From positions 52,077 through 72,076 of IMG/VR virus record IMGVR_UViG_3300005512_000016: DNA of 20,000 bases; one strand, 5' to 3'. How positions within the stretch are numbered: position 1 is the stretch's first letter; each line of letters opens with the position of its first letter. Origin of the DNA: an uncultured virus (IMG/VR IMGVR_UViG_3300005512_000016). Taxonomy: Duplodnaviria > Heunggongvirae > Uroviricota > Caudoviricetes. The position numbers were made by a program, and so were the translations under genes. The notes below the pieces were generated by a model. It saw only the letters and a list, made by a program, of their open reading frames with translations. It made no database searches and was not told the DNA's origin. This document shows positions 1 through 9,264 of the stretch, piece by piece.

Positions 1-553
1 GAAAAGGAATATATTCTTTTTTATCATAGTTAATTCGGTATACAGAATCACTTTGAGTATCTCCCACAATCTCTGCGAATCTTAAAGGTATATCTACAGG
101 CCAAGATCTACCTTCACCTTGACCAGCTGGATTACCGTTAGAATTAGGAGGATACCACTCACCTGGATAATATAGAGAATAAAGTCTAACAATCTGATTT
201 TGAGTGAAAGCATTTTTTTCAGCAATAAATGGTGAGTTTGATATTGAAGATATTGTTGTACTAGCAACGGTAGTATTACTTGAAAACGTATTAGCCTGGA
301 ATGGTAAACTAGTAGTGGCTAACGCTCCATTAGCACTAGTAGACATCACTGTGCCTATATCTTGTAACGTTTCTCCAGATGAGAACTCTCGAGATACATT
401 ATCAACTTTTACTTTTATCGTATTTGATGCTGCATCTACATTAGCAATAACAGCTTGTGTAGTTGACGTGGCACCAACTACTGTATTACCGTTTCTAAAG
501 CCTGTAGCATCGGCAACAGTTAAAATAAAGTCATATGTTCTTACTGTGGGCAT
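1..553 (-). CDS. Lambda gpL-like minor tail (tail-tip) protein with an N-terminal extension; runs off the window (3'-partial); absent from the supplied ORF track
   Basis: ATG at 553 overlaps the upstream TAA (TAATG). Manual translation is open to position 1: MPTVRTYDFILTVADATGF...NQIVRLYSLYYPGEWYPP...DIPLRFAEIVGD...RINYDKKEYIPF. The 'VRLYSL..LRF..INY...YIPF' pattern resembles the gpL N-terminus, and the gene directly follows a gpM-like gene. Confidence 0.65.
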   Translation of the reverse strand, partial: MPTVRTYDFILTVADATGFRNGNTVVGATSTTQAVIANVDAASNTIKVKVDNVSREFSSGETLQDIGTVMSTSANGALATTSLPFQANTFSSNTTVASTTISSISNSPFIAEKNAFTQNQIVRLYSLYYPGEWYPPNSNGNPAGQGEGRSWPVDIPLRFAEIVGDTQSDSVYRINYDKKEYIPF

Positions 554-2136
554 TAATCAAATGTTTCCTGTAATTTAAAACTAACAGTATAAAAGTTATC
601 TCTCAAGTTTGAAGAGGCACCTAATACTTGAGTAACATTCAGAGGGCCATCAAAACGTACGGTAGCAGTTCCAGATTCATTTATGTGTCCTAAATCAAAA
701 GTAAATGACTCGAACTCTCCACTTCTAGCAGTATAAAAGTCATCAATTGCTCTTTTACCTATACCGTGTAAATTTGTGTACTGAAGATCGTATTGTCTTT
801 TTGACCTTCTTGATTTCAGTCTTCTTTTTTCATATCCTGCTTGGCTTTGAAAGATAGTAGTATCAAAGGCTCTAGTAGAAGAAAAGCCTACGTCTGGTCT
901 TCTATCCGCCATTGAAGTAAATCTATCATCTTTTTCAACAGTGCCTTGATATACTCTGATATCTAAAGTGTCTTGATTATCAACTGCACCTAAAGCTCCT
1001 CCTCCTAGTTTGGTAGGAGCAGAGGTCATTGCTTCCGTGCCTAAGCCACTATATTTAGATGACCTTGAAAATCTTACAGCATCAACCTTGCCATCAAAAA
1101 ATTCTCCTGTATTGAATCTACCTATATTAACATTTCCACTAACCGTGTTACCAAATACTTTTTGCCCTACCGCCACTCTCGCGTTATTAACATAAAGACT
1201 AGCGGTCTCATCATCTCTTGAAACACTTAATGCAACATGATAAAAAGAACCTGTGTTAATAGTGCCACCATATAATTCATGTATAACACCTTCTATAGCA
1301 GATACATATCCAATTGTATTATTAGAACCAACTGTCCTAACAACTATGTAGTTGTTTGTGGCTTGATAGCGAGAAAATATAGTTCCATTTGCGCTTAGAG
1401 AGTCTGGATTAACAAAAGCTTCAAACGTGAAATCGTCACCATTTAAATCAAATATAGCTTTATCACCATAATCTAAGAAATGAGAACTTCCGTTTAAGTC
1501 TACAGACTTAGAACCAAAAGCTGCTGTGCTTGAGTATGTTTTAGTAGTAGAATTTAGATCTGTTTGCGCAATATCAGACTCATCTGTAGCATTTTCACTC
1601 TCAAAGTTAAGTAGCAGTTTTGTGGCATCATCTGCAATATCTATTCCAGAAGTACCTAAAGTTACACTTGGAAATGTAAATGCTGATGATTGCTGTAAAA
1701 CACCTGATAAAAACACTAAGAGAGAATTTGCATCGCTTACGTTAGACCCGACAGGTAATGCAAAACTCTCTTGATCTGCATTTACTAAGTAGGTGTTACC
1801 GTCAACTATTGTAGCTGATGTATTACTATAAGTGACTGCACCAGTAACTTCTGTTTTTCTACTTATCTGAAAGCGTTGTGGGAGACTAATAGTTTTTAGT
1901 TGTAGAGTAGTCGCATTAGGAGCTGTGACGAAACTTACAGTGGCACCTGCGTTTGTGACTGCATAAGTAGTAGTATCTTGTACGGCACCGTCAATTGAAG
2001 CTATAACTTCGCTCTCACGTGTTACACTTGAAGGTAAATTAAAATCTGTTGTAGAGCCTGTGCTACTAAAAGTAGCCGTTGCTAAAACAGCAAACTCTGA
2101 AGTATTAGCTGTGGCATCATTTGGATACGTTGCCAT
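553..2136 (-). CDS. Distal tail protein (Dit): C-terminal lambda gpM/DUF2460-like domain, N-terminal beta-rich domains and an inserted LamG/ConA-like domain
   Basis: Lies directly after the tape measure gene. The C-terminal ~120 aa (FDTTIFQSQAGYEKRR...YDLQY...IDDFYTARSGEFESFTF) are gpM-like. aa ~170-376 carry LamG motifs (KLLLNFE, FGSKS, DFTFEAFV, FYHVALS, LYVNN, FDGKVDAVRFS). Confidence 0.75.
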   Translation of the reverse strand: MATYPNDATANTSEFAVLATATFSSTGSTTDFNLPSSVTRESEVIASIDGAVQDTTTYAVTNAGATVSFVTAPNATTLQLKTISLPQRFQISRKTEVTGAVTYSNTSATIVDGNTYLVNADQESFALPVGSNVSDANSLLVFLSGVLQQSSAFTFPSVTLGTSGIDIADDATKLLLNFESENATDESDIAQTDLNSTTKTYSSTAAFGSKSVDLNGSSHFLDYGDKAIFDLNGDDFTFEAFVNPDSLSANGTIFSRYQATNNYIVVRTVGSNNTIGYVSAIEGVIHELYGGTINTGSFYHVALSVSRDDETASLYVNNARVAVGQKVFGNTVSGNVNIGRFNTGEFFDGKVDAVRFSRSSKYSGLGTEAMTSAPTKLGGGALGAVDNQDTLDIRVYQGTVEKDDRFTSMADRRPDVGFSSTRAFDTTIFQSQAGYEKRRLKSRRSKRQYDLQYTNLHGIGKRAIDDFYTARSGEFESFTFDLGHINESGTATVRFDGPLNVTQVLGASSNLRDNFYTVSFKLQETFD

Positions 2137-5100
2137 TATGCGCCTCCTCTCATAGATTTACGGATTGGGCCATTATTTCTTAAGTCTCTGGTCACAATAT
2201 CTATAACAATAGCATCAACATCCATACGTGGTGTAGCAGTTGTTGCCTCTTGTGGAGTGCCTTCATTTTTGACTTGAACCTTAATATTCGGCATACCTCC
2301 AGCATTCATAGCTTGTAAGTTGCTGTTTCCAATATTACGAGCAGCACTACGTTTCAGTACAAACTCACCAGGCTCTAGGAGTGCGGGAACTCTATCACGT
2401 CCTCCTGCATAACCGCCAACTGCCATTTTTCTGATTCCTGGTACTATACCTCCAGAAGCAGCTCCTATTACCCCAGCAGGTAAATCTGTGGGAATACTGC
2501 CCTTTAGTATTTCTCCACTACCACCACCAAAGGCATTGCTTAACATTGAAAATATACCACCGCCTCCGCCAGAACCGGAAATGCTTTTAAGTATATCACT
2601 TACAAAACTACCTATACTATTAAAGGAGCTTCTGCCTTTTTCAACCAACTCATCTAAGAAACTACTAAATTTAGAGCCAAGTGTTTCTGTCTTTTTATTA
2701 GCTCCATCAAGTGAGGATTGCGCATCATTTGCAAATGAGTTAACAATTCCTTTACCACCTTTTTCAACAACAGGCACATTTCCAGACTCTAATTTTAGAT
2801 CTTCAATTCCTCCTGACATATCTACACCAAGTAAATTCCCAATTTCACTAGTTAAAAAATTGGATACGGGTTTAGCAATTGTCTCTTGAAAAAACGCTTG
2901 TTGAACTTTCTTCACTGTTTCACCAAGAAAATCGGTTAAACCCTCTTTAAAGTTTTTCGCGTTTAGTGTGCCGTTAATTAGTGCATCATTTAACTCTTTC
3001 AAACCTGCAGCAAATTGTCCTCTTAACACAGTACCCACTTCTCTAATTCCATTACTAAAAGTATCATTTGCTTTTTTAGTTATGTCTGCTAAATTGCTGA
3101 CTTTATTTGTAGAGCCTACTAAGGAATTGTTTAGATTAGTTAATCCTGTAGATAAATCTATTCCAGATATCTTGAGTTTATTCTGTAAATCTTTTAATTT
3201 TTCACTGGCTGCAGCGAGTTCTGATATGAGTTTTGCATCACTTCGATTTTCGGCTAGTTTTTTATTAGCATTCGCAACATCAGTTATAGCTTTTCTAATA
3301 GTTGCAAAATCTTTTGCATCTAATTCATCTTTTAATTTTTTTAATTGATTTGAGACTTGAATAGCAACTTTTGATTTTTCAATATCGAGAAGAACTTTTC
3401 TAAACTCTTCAACGGTACCAAAATTACTACTGCTAAAACTAACGGCACCACGGGGCCCAACTGTTCCACCAAATCTTTCTACAGCACCTCTTGCAACTGT
3501 GCCTTGGGCACCACCTGCTTGAATTGCTTTAATAAGTTCTTGAGTGAAAGAACGTCTAGCTAAACTTTCATCCGATTCTCCAGGCAAGCGTCTAGATTCG
3601 TTTGCAAGTATTTTTCTTTCAACTATATCATTAGCTAATACTTGTGCTATACCGTCGATATGAGTTTTAAAGTTTTCTAATTCTTGAATTAAAAGTTTAT
3701 TTCTCTCCTCTAGGATACTAAGATCTTTTAAAGCTGCTTTTTCATCTGCGTTAATTTTATCAAGCTGAAGTTTTTTCTCAGCTTGAATACGTTTTTCAAT
3801 TAAACCAGTAAACTCTCCTGTGCTTATAAGTTCTTGTTGTTGAGCTATTTGTGCCTCTAAGATCTTTTGCTCTGCTTTTTGGTTTTCTATTAAGGCTTTT
3901 TTCTGTTCTTTAATTGATTCTTCTAATCTTTTTAATGATTCTCTTTCAAGTTTTAGTGTTAAATCTCTTTTATCTCCTTCACTTAAAAAAGGATTCATTT
4001 TAATTAATTCTTCTGTTAATTTACGTTCACTTTCTCTAACTAAGTCAACACTCTTCAATCTCGCTACTCTTAGGTTCTCATTAGCTTTAGCTAAATCATC
4101 AGTTCTTTTAATCTGATTTGTCAATTCTTTAGTTTGTTGATCTAAGGAAGCAATTGCATTTTGAGCTTGAGTAATTTTTATTTGTTGCTGGGCAATCTGT
4201 AAACGTTTCTGTTCCTTGTCTAATATTTTTCCAAGAGTTATATCAAGATCTCTTGCCGCTTCAAAACTTTTTACAAATGTTCCTATTAACGCTTTTTCTG
4301 CGTCACGTGCCAACATGGCTAACTGCTTTTGAATAGGAGTTAAGTCTTTCGCTCCTGCTCTTTGCCGCTCTAAGGCTCTTGAGCCTAGTTCAAAGTTTTT
4401 TTGTAGTTGTGCAGTTTTAGATCTCTCAATATCACGTTGACTTGTAGCAACTTTTAAACTGTCTAAATTAAGTTCATTATCTAATATAAAAAACTTATTA
4501 AGGTTATCTGCAGCTTTAATTTGCGCTGAAAACTCATTTCTTAGTTTTTTTCGTGTATTTAAAATAGCTACTTGTTGTTGAACTTGAAAATTTAATATAT
4601 CAAGTTCTTTTTGAAGATTATCAGCAGTTTTTTTATCTCTCTCATCTTCACTTTGTTTAAGATTGGCTATCTTAGTTAAAACAGCTCCACGTCTTTTATC
4701 AATTTGTTCAAGCGTAGCAGCCCCTCCCTCAAGAGTTTTTTGTAATTTAGCTGCAACTTGTAAAGATTGAACTATATTAACTTGTACAGCATTTCGAGCC
4801 TCAAATTTTCTTAACATTTCTCCTTCCATTCGTGACGTATCAACGAATAAAATTCTGTTTTTAGATAATGGGCCAGTCAAATCAGCAGCTTCTTTGACTT
4901 TTACTAAGCCTTGTCTTGATATTTCAATCTGTTTTATTACCTTTTGAAAACTCTGACCAGTTGCATCAGCGATAGATCTAACTGCTGCTGCGCCGAAATC
5001 TTGATTTGATTGCTGACTTCTTCCTCCTAAATTTGGGTTATCAGCTCTTATTTGTCTTTGCTCTCTTGCTTCCTTCGTTATATCAAGCAAGATACCAGCT

Positions 5101-6584
5101 CTTCTAAGTAAATCATCAATAAATCTAGATATTGGTTCTAAAAAACCAAAAGCATCAAGTATTGCGCTACCGACAGCTGTGATTATGGATGCAAATGTTA
5201 TAAAAGTAGTAATTTTTCCTAAAAGTCCAGCAACGAACCTACCTGCAAAAGCAAGTCCAACAGCAAATCCCTTGACACCAGCAGTAGCAAGTCTTAGGGC
5301 TTTGTTTGTAGAATTTATCCTAGTGTTAGTTATTGCTACTACTCTATTAAAAGATTTCTGTCTAGCTTCGAGTCTTGTTAATTCAATTTCCTGTGCTTTA
5401 GTGCGTTTTTGTAAAGCATTAAGTTGATCAATTTTTATCTGATTAATGCGTACTTCTTGAAGAGATAATTGGTTTAGTCGTTTAACCTCTCCAAAACTTA
5501 TTTCTTGAGCTCTGGCTTTTTTAATTAAAGTATTAAATTCTTCTTTATTAGCTATACTAGCTCTAGTAGATGCTAGACTTAACTTTTGAGTCTCTGTAGT
5601 CATTTGAGCCGCAGCTCTTCGTGTTCCTTGTAATCGTCTTCCTATTTTTTCAGTTAGAGTATCCCCAAGTGAATTAGCTGTAACTGTAAAATCTTCAGCA
5701 CTCTTTCCAAGCTCCCTAATAGCTGATCCAAATACTGTTTTAGCTAAAATACCAAAAGTAGCGATGGCCGTTACAGGTGCTCCAAGAGCTTTTACAAGAG
5801 GTTGAATTACATTTGCTATTAATACTCCAGCTTCTCTTGCAATATCACTTAGAGTTGCTACCAATTTTTCTAAACTTGAGGCTGCAGTCTCTACAGTGCT
5901 ATCTACATCTCCAAATTTATCTAAACCCTCAGATATAGCCTCATTAGCAAAAGCTTGTCGTTTTTCAAATGCTGTCAAAGAGCTTGCAACTTTACCGATT
6001 GATGCAGCATATTTTTCTGCTGCAGGCTCAATTCTAGTAAAAATTCCTAATTCGTCTAATAGTTCAGGTTCTAATTTTGCTACACCACGTAATAATCTTT
6101 GCACTGAGTCAGTTAAATCTCTTCCAAGAGCTCTAGCCGCTTTTACACCGACTGTTGCTAAACCCTCAATTTGATCAATATTAAAACCAGAAGATAAAGC
6201 GATATTAGCTAATTCAGCTGATTGAACTAGTGACAATTGACCATTAGTAATTTCTTTAAGTCGCGCTAAAACTTTAGGACCTTGTTCACCGATAGAAGCT
6301 GCTAGGGCATTTACTCCTGCAATAGTTTGTTCGGATCTTGCTGCTGCATTTAGGGCACTAAAAGCTTGTTGTAAAGCAAATATAGTAGCAGCTGCACCAG
6401 CATAAGCAGCCACTAATCCCCCTAAGCCTTGTGCTTGTGAAGAGAAAGAACGACCTGCTGAAGCAGAGCTTTGACCTAATCTAGTTTGAGCTTTACCTAT
6501 ACGTTGGGTATCACCTTCAACTTTTTTAGCGCCTCTAGTTACAAATTCAGTTTGGACAGTGTTCTTAATTTTACTACCAGCCAC
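2136..6584 (-). CDS. Tail tape measure protein (T5 pb2-like N-terminus)
   Basis: 1482 aa, Ala/Leu/Lys/Gln-rich helical and coiled-coil composition with hydrophobic segments (GFAVGLAFAGRFVAGLLG...). Has the C-terminal motif DRVPALLEPGEFVL, follows the chaperone pair, and starts at GTG preceded by AGGA. Confidence 0.93.
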   Translation of the reverse strand: MAGSKIKNTVQTEFVTRGAKKVEGDTQRIGKAQTRLGQSSASAGRSFSSQAQGLGGLVAAYAGAAATIFALQQAFSALNAAARSEQTIAGVNALAASIGEQGPKVLARLKEITNGQLSLVQSAELANIALSSGFNIDQIEGLATVGVKAARALGRDLTDSVQRLLRGVAKLEPELLDELGIFTRIEPAAEKYAASIGKVASSLTAFEKRQAFANEAISEGLDKFGDVDSTVETAASSLEKLVATLSDIAREAGVLIANVIQPLVKALGAPVTAIATFGILAKTVFGSAIRELGKSAEDFTVTANSLGDTLTEKIGRRLQGTRRAAAQMTTETQKLSLASTRASIANKEEFNTLIKKARAQEISFGEVKRLNQLSLQEVRINQIKIDQLNALQKRTKAQEIELTRLEARQKSFNRVVAITNTRINSTNKALRLATAGVKGFAVGLAFAGRFVAGLLGKITTFITFASIITAVGSAILDAFGFLEPISRFIDDLLRRAGILLDITKEAREQRQIRADNPNLGGRSQQSNQDFGAAAVRSIADATGQSFQKVIKQIEISRQGLVKVKEAADLTGPLSKNRILFVDTSRMEGEMLRKFEARNAVQVNIVQSLQVAAKLQKTLEGGAATLEQIDKRRGAVLTKIANLKQSEDERDKKTADNLQKELDILNFQVQQQVAILNTRKKLRNEFSAQIKAADNLNKFFILDNELNLDSLKVATSQRDIERSKTAQLQKNFELGSRALERQRAGAKDLTPIQKQLAMLARDAEKALIGTFVKSFEAARDLDITLGKILDKEQKRLQIAQQQIKITQAQNAIASLDQQTKELTNQIKRTDDLAKANENLRVARLKSVDLVRESERKLTEELIKMNPFLSEGDKRDLTLKLERESLKRLEESIKEQKKALIENQKAEQKILEAQIAQQQELISTGEFTGLIEKRIQAEKKLQLDKINADEKAALKDLSILEERNKLLIQELENFKTHIDGIAQVLANDIVERKILANESRRLPGESDESLARRSFTQELIKAIQAGGAQGTVARGAVERFGGTVGPRGAVSFSSSNFGTVEEFRKVLLDIEKSKVAIQVSNQLKKLKDELDAKDFATIRKAITDVANANKKLAENRSDAKLISELAAASEKLKDLQNKLKISGIDLSTGLTNLNNSLVGSTNKVSNLADITKKANDTFSNGIREVGTVLRGQFAAGLKELNDALINGTLNAKNFKEGLTDFLGETVKKVQQAFFQETIAKPVSNFLTSEIGNLLGVDMSGGIEDLKLESGNVPVVEKGGKGIVNSFANDAQSSLDGANKKTETLGSKFSSFLDELVEKGRSSFNSIGSFVSDILKSISGSGGGGGIFSMLSNAFGGGSGEILKGSIPTDLPAGVIGAASGGIVPGIRKMAVGGYAGGRDRVPALLEPGEFVLKRSAARNIGNSNLQAMNAGGMPNIKVQVKNEGTPQEATTATPRMDVDAIVIDIVTRDLRNNGPIRKSMRGGA

Positions 6585-6592
6585 GGGGTTTC

Positions 6593-6925
6593 CTATCTAC
6601 TACGTGATTTAGCTTTTGACATTGCATCTCGTTCTTTTTGTTTTTGAGCATAATATTTACTAGCCTCAGCTTCAGCTGCTTTGAGTAAATGAAACACATC
6701 TTTTCTATTATCCATATCATAGATGTCCATAATGTCCATTAAACCGCTATAGTCTTTACCCATCCAGCTTCCACTCATACCTTCCCAGTTATCTGGTAAG
6801 GCATTGAATAGAATTAGTGCGCATTGAGCTTCATAAGATAAAGAATCAACCTCTAAAGGTATATCTTCCTCTCTCGGTTCCCAACCCATTTGATCGCACA
6901 TAAGCAAATATTGTTCAGTTGACAT
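6593..6925 (-). CDS. Tail assembly chaperone, gpT-like part (T5 p138-like); probably expressed mainly as a G-T frameshift fusion
   Basis: Sits between the G-like gene and the tape measure gene. Its reading frame is open upstream to the slippery site at 6964-6970. Motifs QYLLMCDQMGWEP and W.G..G.W.GKDYSGL. Confidence 0.8.
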   Translation of the reverse strand: MSTEQYLLMCDQMGWEPREEDIPLEVDSLSYEAQCALILFNALPDNWEGMSGSWMGKDYSGLMDIMDIYDMDNRKDVFHLLKAAEAEASKYYAQKQKERDAMSKAKSRSR

Positions 6926-6970
6926 ACCTCCGCTAAAAAACGCATTACGAAGGTATTCAATTAGTTTTTT
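6919..6970 (-). promoter_or_regulatory. Programmed -1 ribosomal frameshift signal (A AAA AAC plus downstream hairpin)
   Basis: mRNA reads GAA AAA AAC UAA. The -1 frame reads LIEYLRNAFFSGG-MSTEQ, in frame with the 6925 ATG. The stem AUACCUUCG/CGGAGGUAU (6956-6948 with 6932-6924) begins 7 nt after the heptamer. Confidence 0.85.
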
Positions 6971-7392
6971 TCGTTTGTCTCGGCTTTAGTTTTTGAAAAC
7001 TGCTCAAAATCATTCATAGCATCTGTTATAAATTGATCAAACAGTGTAGAATTTTTTAATAATTCTAACGCCTCTTCTGGGCTATATTCGATCTCTTCTT
7101 CACCATTAACGCCAGATATATCAGCTGGAAATAGCAGTGGTAAGTTTTTGTATCTAAGACCACTCCACCCTTTAATAGCTTTTTCTGAGTATGCTTCTAA
7201 AAACTTATCATTGTCAACTTCTTCTTCTCGTTGACGTGTGCGTTTATTAAATTTGAAAGTTAATGATCTATTTCTAATTTTCATTAACTCATCTCGATTA
7301 AGATAGACTAAATCAACCATAAATCCATCAATTTCTGGAAATTCAACTGTAGTTACAGTTTCTTTAGCCATTAAACTTTTTATTTTACTCAT
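6961..7392 (-). CDS. Tail assembly chaperone, gpG-like (T5 p139-like)
   Basis: 143 aa, acidic, with motifs VEFPEIDGF and AIKGWSGL. Lies between the major tail and tape measure genes, has SD GAGGGG at 7400-7405, and ends in a slippery site. Confidence 0.85.
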   Translation of the reverse strand: MSKIKSLMAKETVTTVEFPEIDGFMVDLVYLNRDELMKIRNRSLTFKFNKRTRQREEEVDNDKFLEAYSEKAIKGWSGLRYKNLPLLFPADISGVNGEEEIEYSPEEALELLKNSTLFDQFITDAMNDFEQFSKTKAETNEKN

Positions 7393-7398
7393 TATTTT

Positions 7399-7513
7399 TC
7401 CCCTCTATAAGTAAAAAGCGCTATCGGTATATCTGCTACTGTTGGGTGAGGGGAGTCCCATTTCGCAAACCGATAGCGCCATCTGTAAACCTTTATCCCC
7501 CCTCAAAGATAAA
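7399..7513 (-). promoter_or_regulatory. Structured intergenic RNA element (terminator/attenuator-like, with alternative anti-SD pairing)
   Basis: Perfect 11-bp inverted repeat 7418-7428/7469-7479 followed by UUUUU (7413-7417) on the mRNA. Inner stem UGGG/CCCA with loop ACUCCCCUCA. Separate upstream hairpin at 7492-7513. Confidence 0.7.
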
Positions 7514-8797
7514 TTAAGACTTTTTAGCAAATATTGTTATTTCACCGCCATCACCTCTTGTAGCTGTTGGCTCTTGTGCAACAAAATTTACTGACATACT
7601 AATTACATCCTCTGTAGCTAGTGTTGGAAATTCAAACTGAACTGCGTCCATTTGAAATGCTACATAAGGTGCTGTAGTGCCACCAATAATTAAGTTAGCA
7701 TTAGATGTCTGTGCTGAACTAGTTCTTGTATCTTGAGATATATTTCTTAAAAATCCAGCAGATTCTAAGTCATCAGATCTTAAATACATACTTGCGGAAC
7801 CTGTTACAGCTCTTGTACCTGTAAATTGACCAATAGGAGAGTTCAATGTTGAAAGCTCTTCTGGTGTTAGGTATGTAATATTATTATTATAATCAAAACT
7901 TAGAGCAGTTACTGGAAAAGTAAACTTTTCATCAGCTGCACCAGCTGTAGCTTTATGATGAAACTCAATTGTACTAAGTCTGTTTTTAATAAATGCGTTT
8001 GTAGCAACGCTTCCCGCAACGTTCATAGAACCGTATGGGTGATAGGCTTGTGCCACTGCAGATAGTGTAGCAGTTGCATTTGAGTTAGCAGTTACACTTG
8101 TTCCAGCGTTTAATATTCCACCAAACACTGAAATAGCTTTGTCTCTATCAGCACCTGTAAGTTCTTTTAAGTCTGTTCCAAAACCTGCCCATGTAGTTGT
8201 TGCAATTTCTTCAATACCTGCATCAACAGTGGCTTGATTAACAGTAGCATTACCAACTTGATATACCACATTATCAAGTTTAAAATATAAGTGATTTTCT
8301 TGAGCAGTTGAAAAGTTAGTCGCCGTGGCTGCTTTACCTACTGCAGCTGCAACAGTTGTACTTCTTAGCTTTCCACCAGTTTCCCAACCTGATCTACTAT
8401 CAGTTGTTGAAGCGGGTTTTGTAGATGTAATCATTGACTGCCACAAAAACCAATCAGCCACTGGCATAGAATTACCATTATCTGTAGTTCCAGCCACTGT
8501 ACCAGGTGATTCTGAGTCAGCTGTAACTTCAACGCCAGTTGGTCGTAAATAAGTCTGAAAGTTCCAATCTACAGGGTTAATTGCAGTATTAAATCTTTGC
8601 TGAGATCTATCTGGAGTAGTTCCAGATTCCAATGAAGTAATATCAGTTGTAGCAGCACTTGATGTTAATGCAAAACCAGCTAGTACTTCGAGTTTCCAGG
8701 TGTTACTTGGTGTCATTGCAGTAGCGGCTCCTCCGCCTGCTAAATCAATGGTTGAAAAGAACACTTCTGAATTTCTTTGTAAATTTAAAGAAGGCAT
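7514..8797 (-). CDS. Major tail tube protein, T5 pb6-like, without the C-terminal Ig-like domain
   Basis: N-terminus MPSLNLQRNSEVFFST...NTWKLEVL...TDITSLESGTTPDRSQQRFNTAINPVDWNFQTYLRP, plus NNNITYLTPEEL and FTGTRAVTGS, match T5 pb6 as recalled. Strong SD AAGGAG. Confidence 0.92.
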   Translation of the reverse strand: MPSLNLQRNSEVFFSTIDLAGGGAATAMTPSNTWKLEVLAGFALTSSAATTDITSLESGTTPDRSQQRFNTAINPVDWNFQTYLRPTGVEVTADSESPGTVAGTTDNGNSMPVADWFLWQSMITSTKPASTTDSRSGWETGGKLRSTTVAAAVGKAATATNFSTAQENHLYFKLDNVVYQVGNATVNQATVDAGIEEIATTTWAGFGTDLKELTGADRDKAISVFGGILNAGTSVTANSNATATLSAVAQAYHPYGSMNVAGSVATNAFIKNRLSTIEFHHKATAGAADEKFTFPVTALSFDYNNNITYLTPEELSTLNSPIGQFTGTRAVTGSASMYLRSDDLESAGFLRNISQDTRTSSAQTSNANLIIGGTTAPYVAFQMDAVQFEFPTLATEDVISMSVNFVAQEPTATRGDGGEITIFAKKS

Positions 8798-8808
8798 TTA
8801 TTTTCTCC

Positions 8809-9264
8809 TTAATCCTCTAATCTGTACTCTACGGTTAGAACAATTTCTGCTAGACCTAATGGCTCTGCAAGTCCTTCATCAGTAGAAACATTGTCTATTT
8901 GTATATTCAAGATTCCCTTCTCTGGACTACCTGCTAAGTTATAGATAACGTGTTCGATATCTTGTACCAACTCATCAGCTTTTGTTTGAGAATCGTCCTC
9001 TCCGTATACGTATGCTCTTATAGTAACGTCTAACGTTGCAACCGTCAAACTTTTAGTATTAAAATCTCGGATTTCGGTACCCGCGTTAAGATAAAGTGCA
9101 GGAAAGTCATTAACTTCATCTAGAAACTTAATTTTTCTATAAACATTATTAAATATGTTTGTAGTATAGGTATATGAACTATCAAATCCAGATTGTTGAC
9201 CGTCTATCTCTTTAAGGTTGGAAACCAAAAAATCAATTATATCTGTGCGTCTTGATTGTGGCAT
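8809..9264 (-). CDS. Tail tube terminator protein, T5 p142-like
   Basis: Motifs NNVYRKIKFLDEVNDFP, GTE, LVQDIEHVI and VSTDEGLAEPLGLAEI match T5 p142 as recalled. Lies immediately upstream of the major tail gene. Confidence 0.88.
   Translation of the reverse strand: MPQSRRTDIIDFLVSNLKEIDGQQSGFDSSYTYTTNIFNNVYRKIKFLDEVNDFPALYLNAGTEIRDFNTKSLTVATLDVTIRAYVYGEDDSQTKADELVQDIEHVIYNLAGSPEKGILNIQIDNVSTDEGLAEPLGLAEIVLTVEYRLED
9020..9048 (-). promoter_or_regulatory. Candidate sigma70-type promoter inside the p142-like gene, facing the major tail gene
   Basis: TTGACG (9048-9043), 17-nt spacer, TACTAT (9025-9020); about 220 nt upstream of the major tail ATG. Confidence 0.5.
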
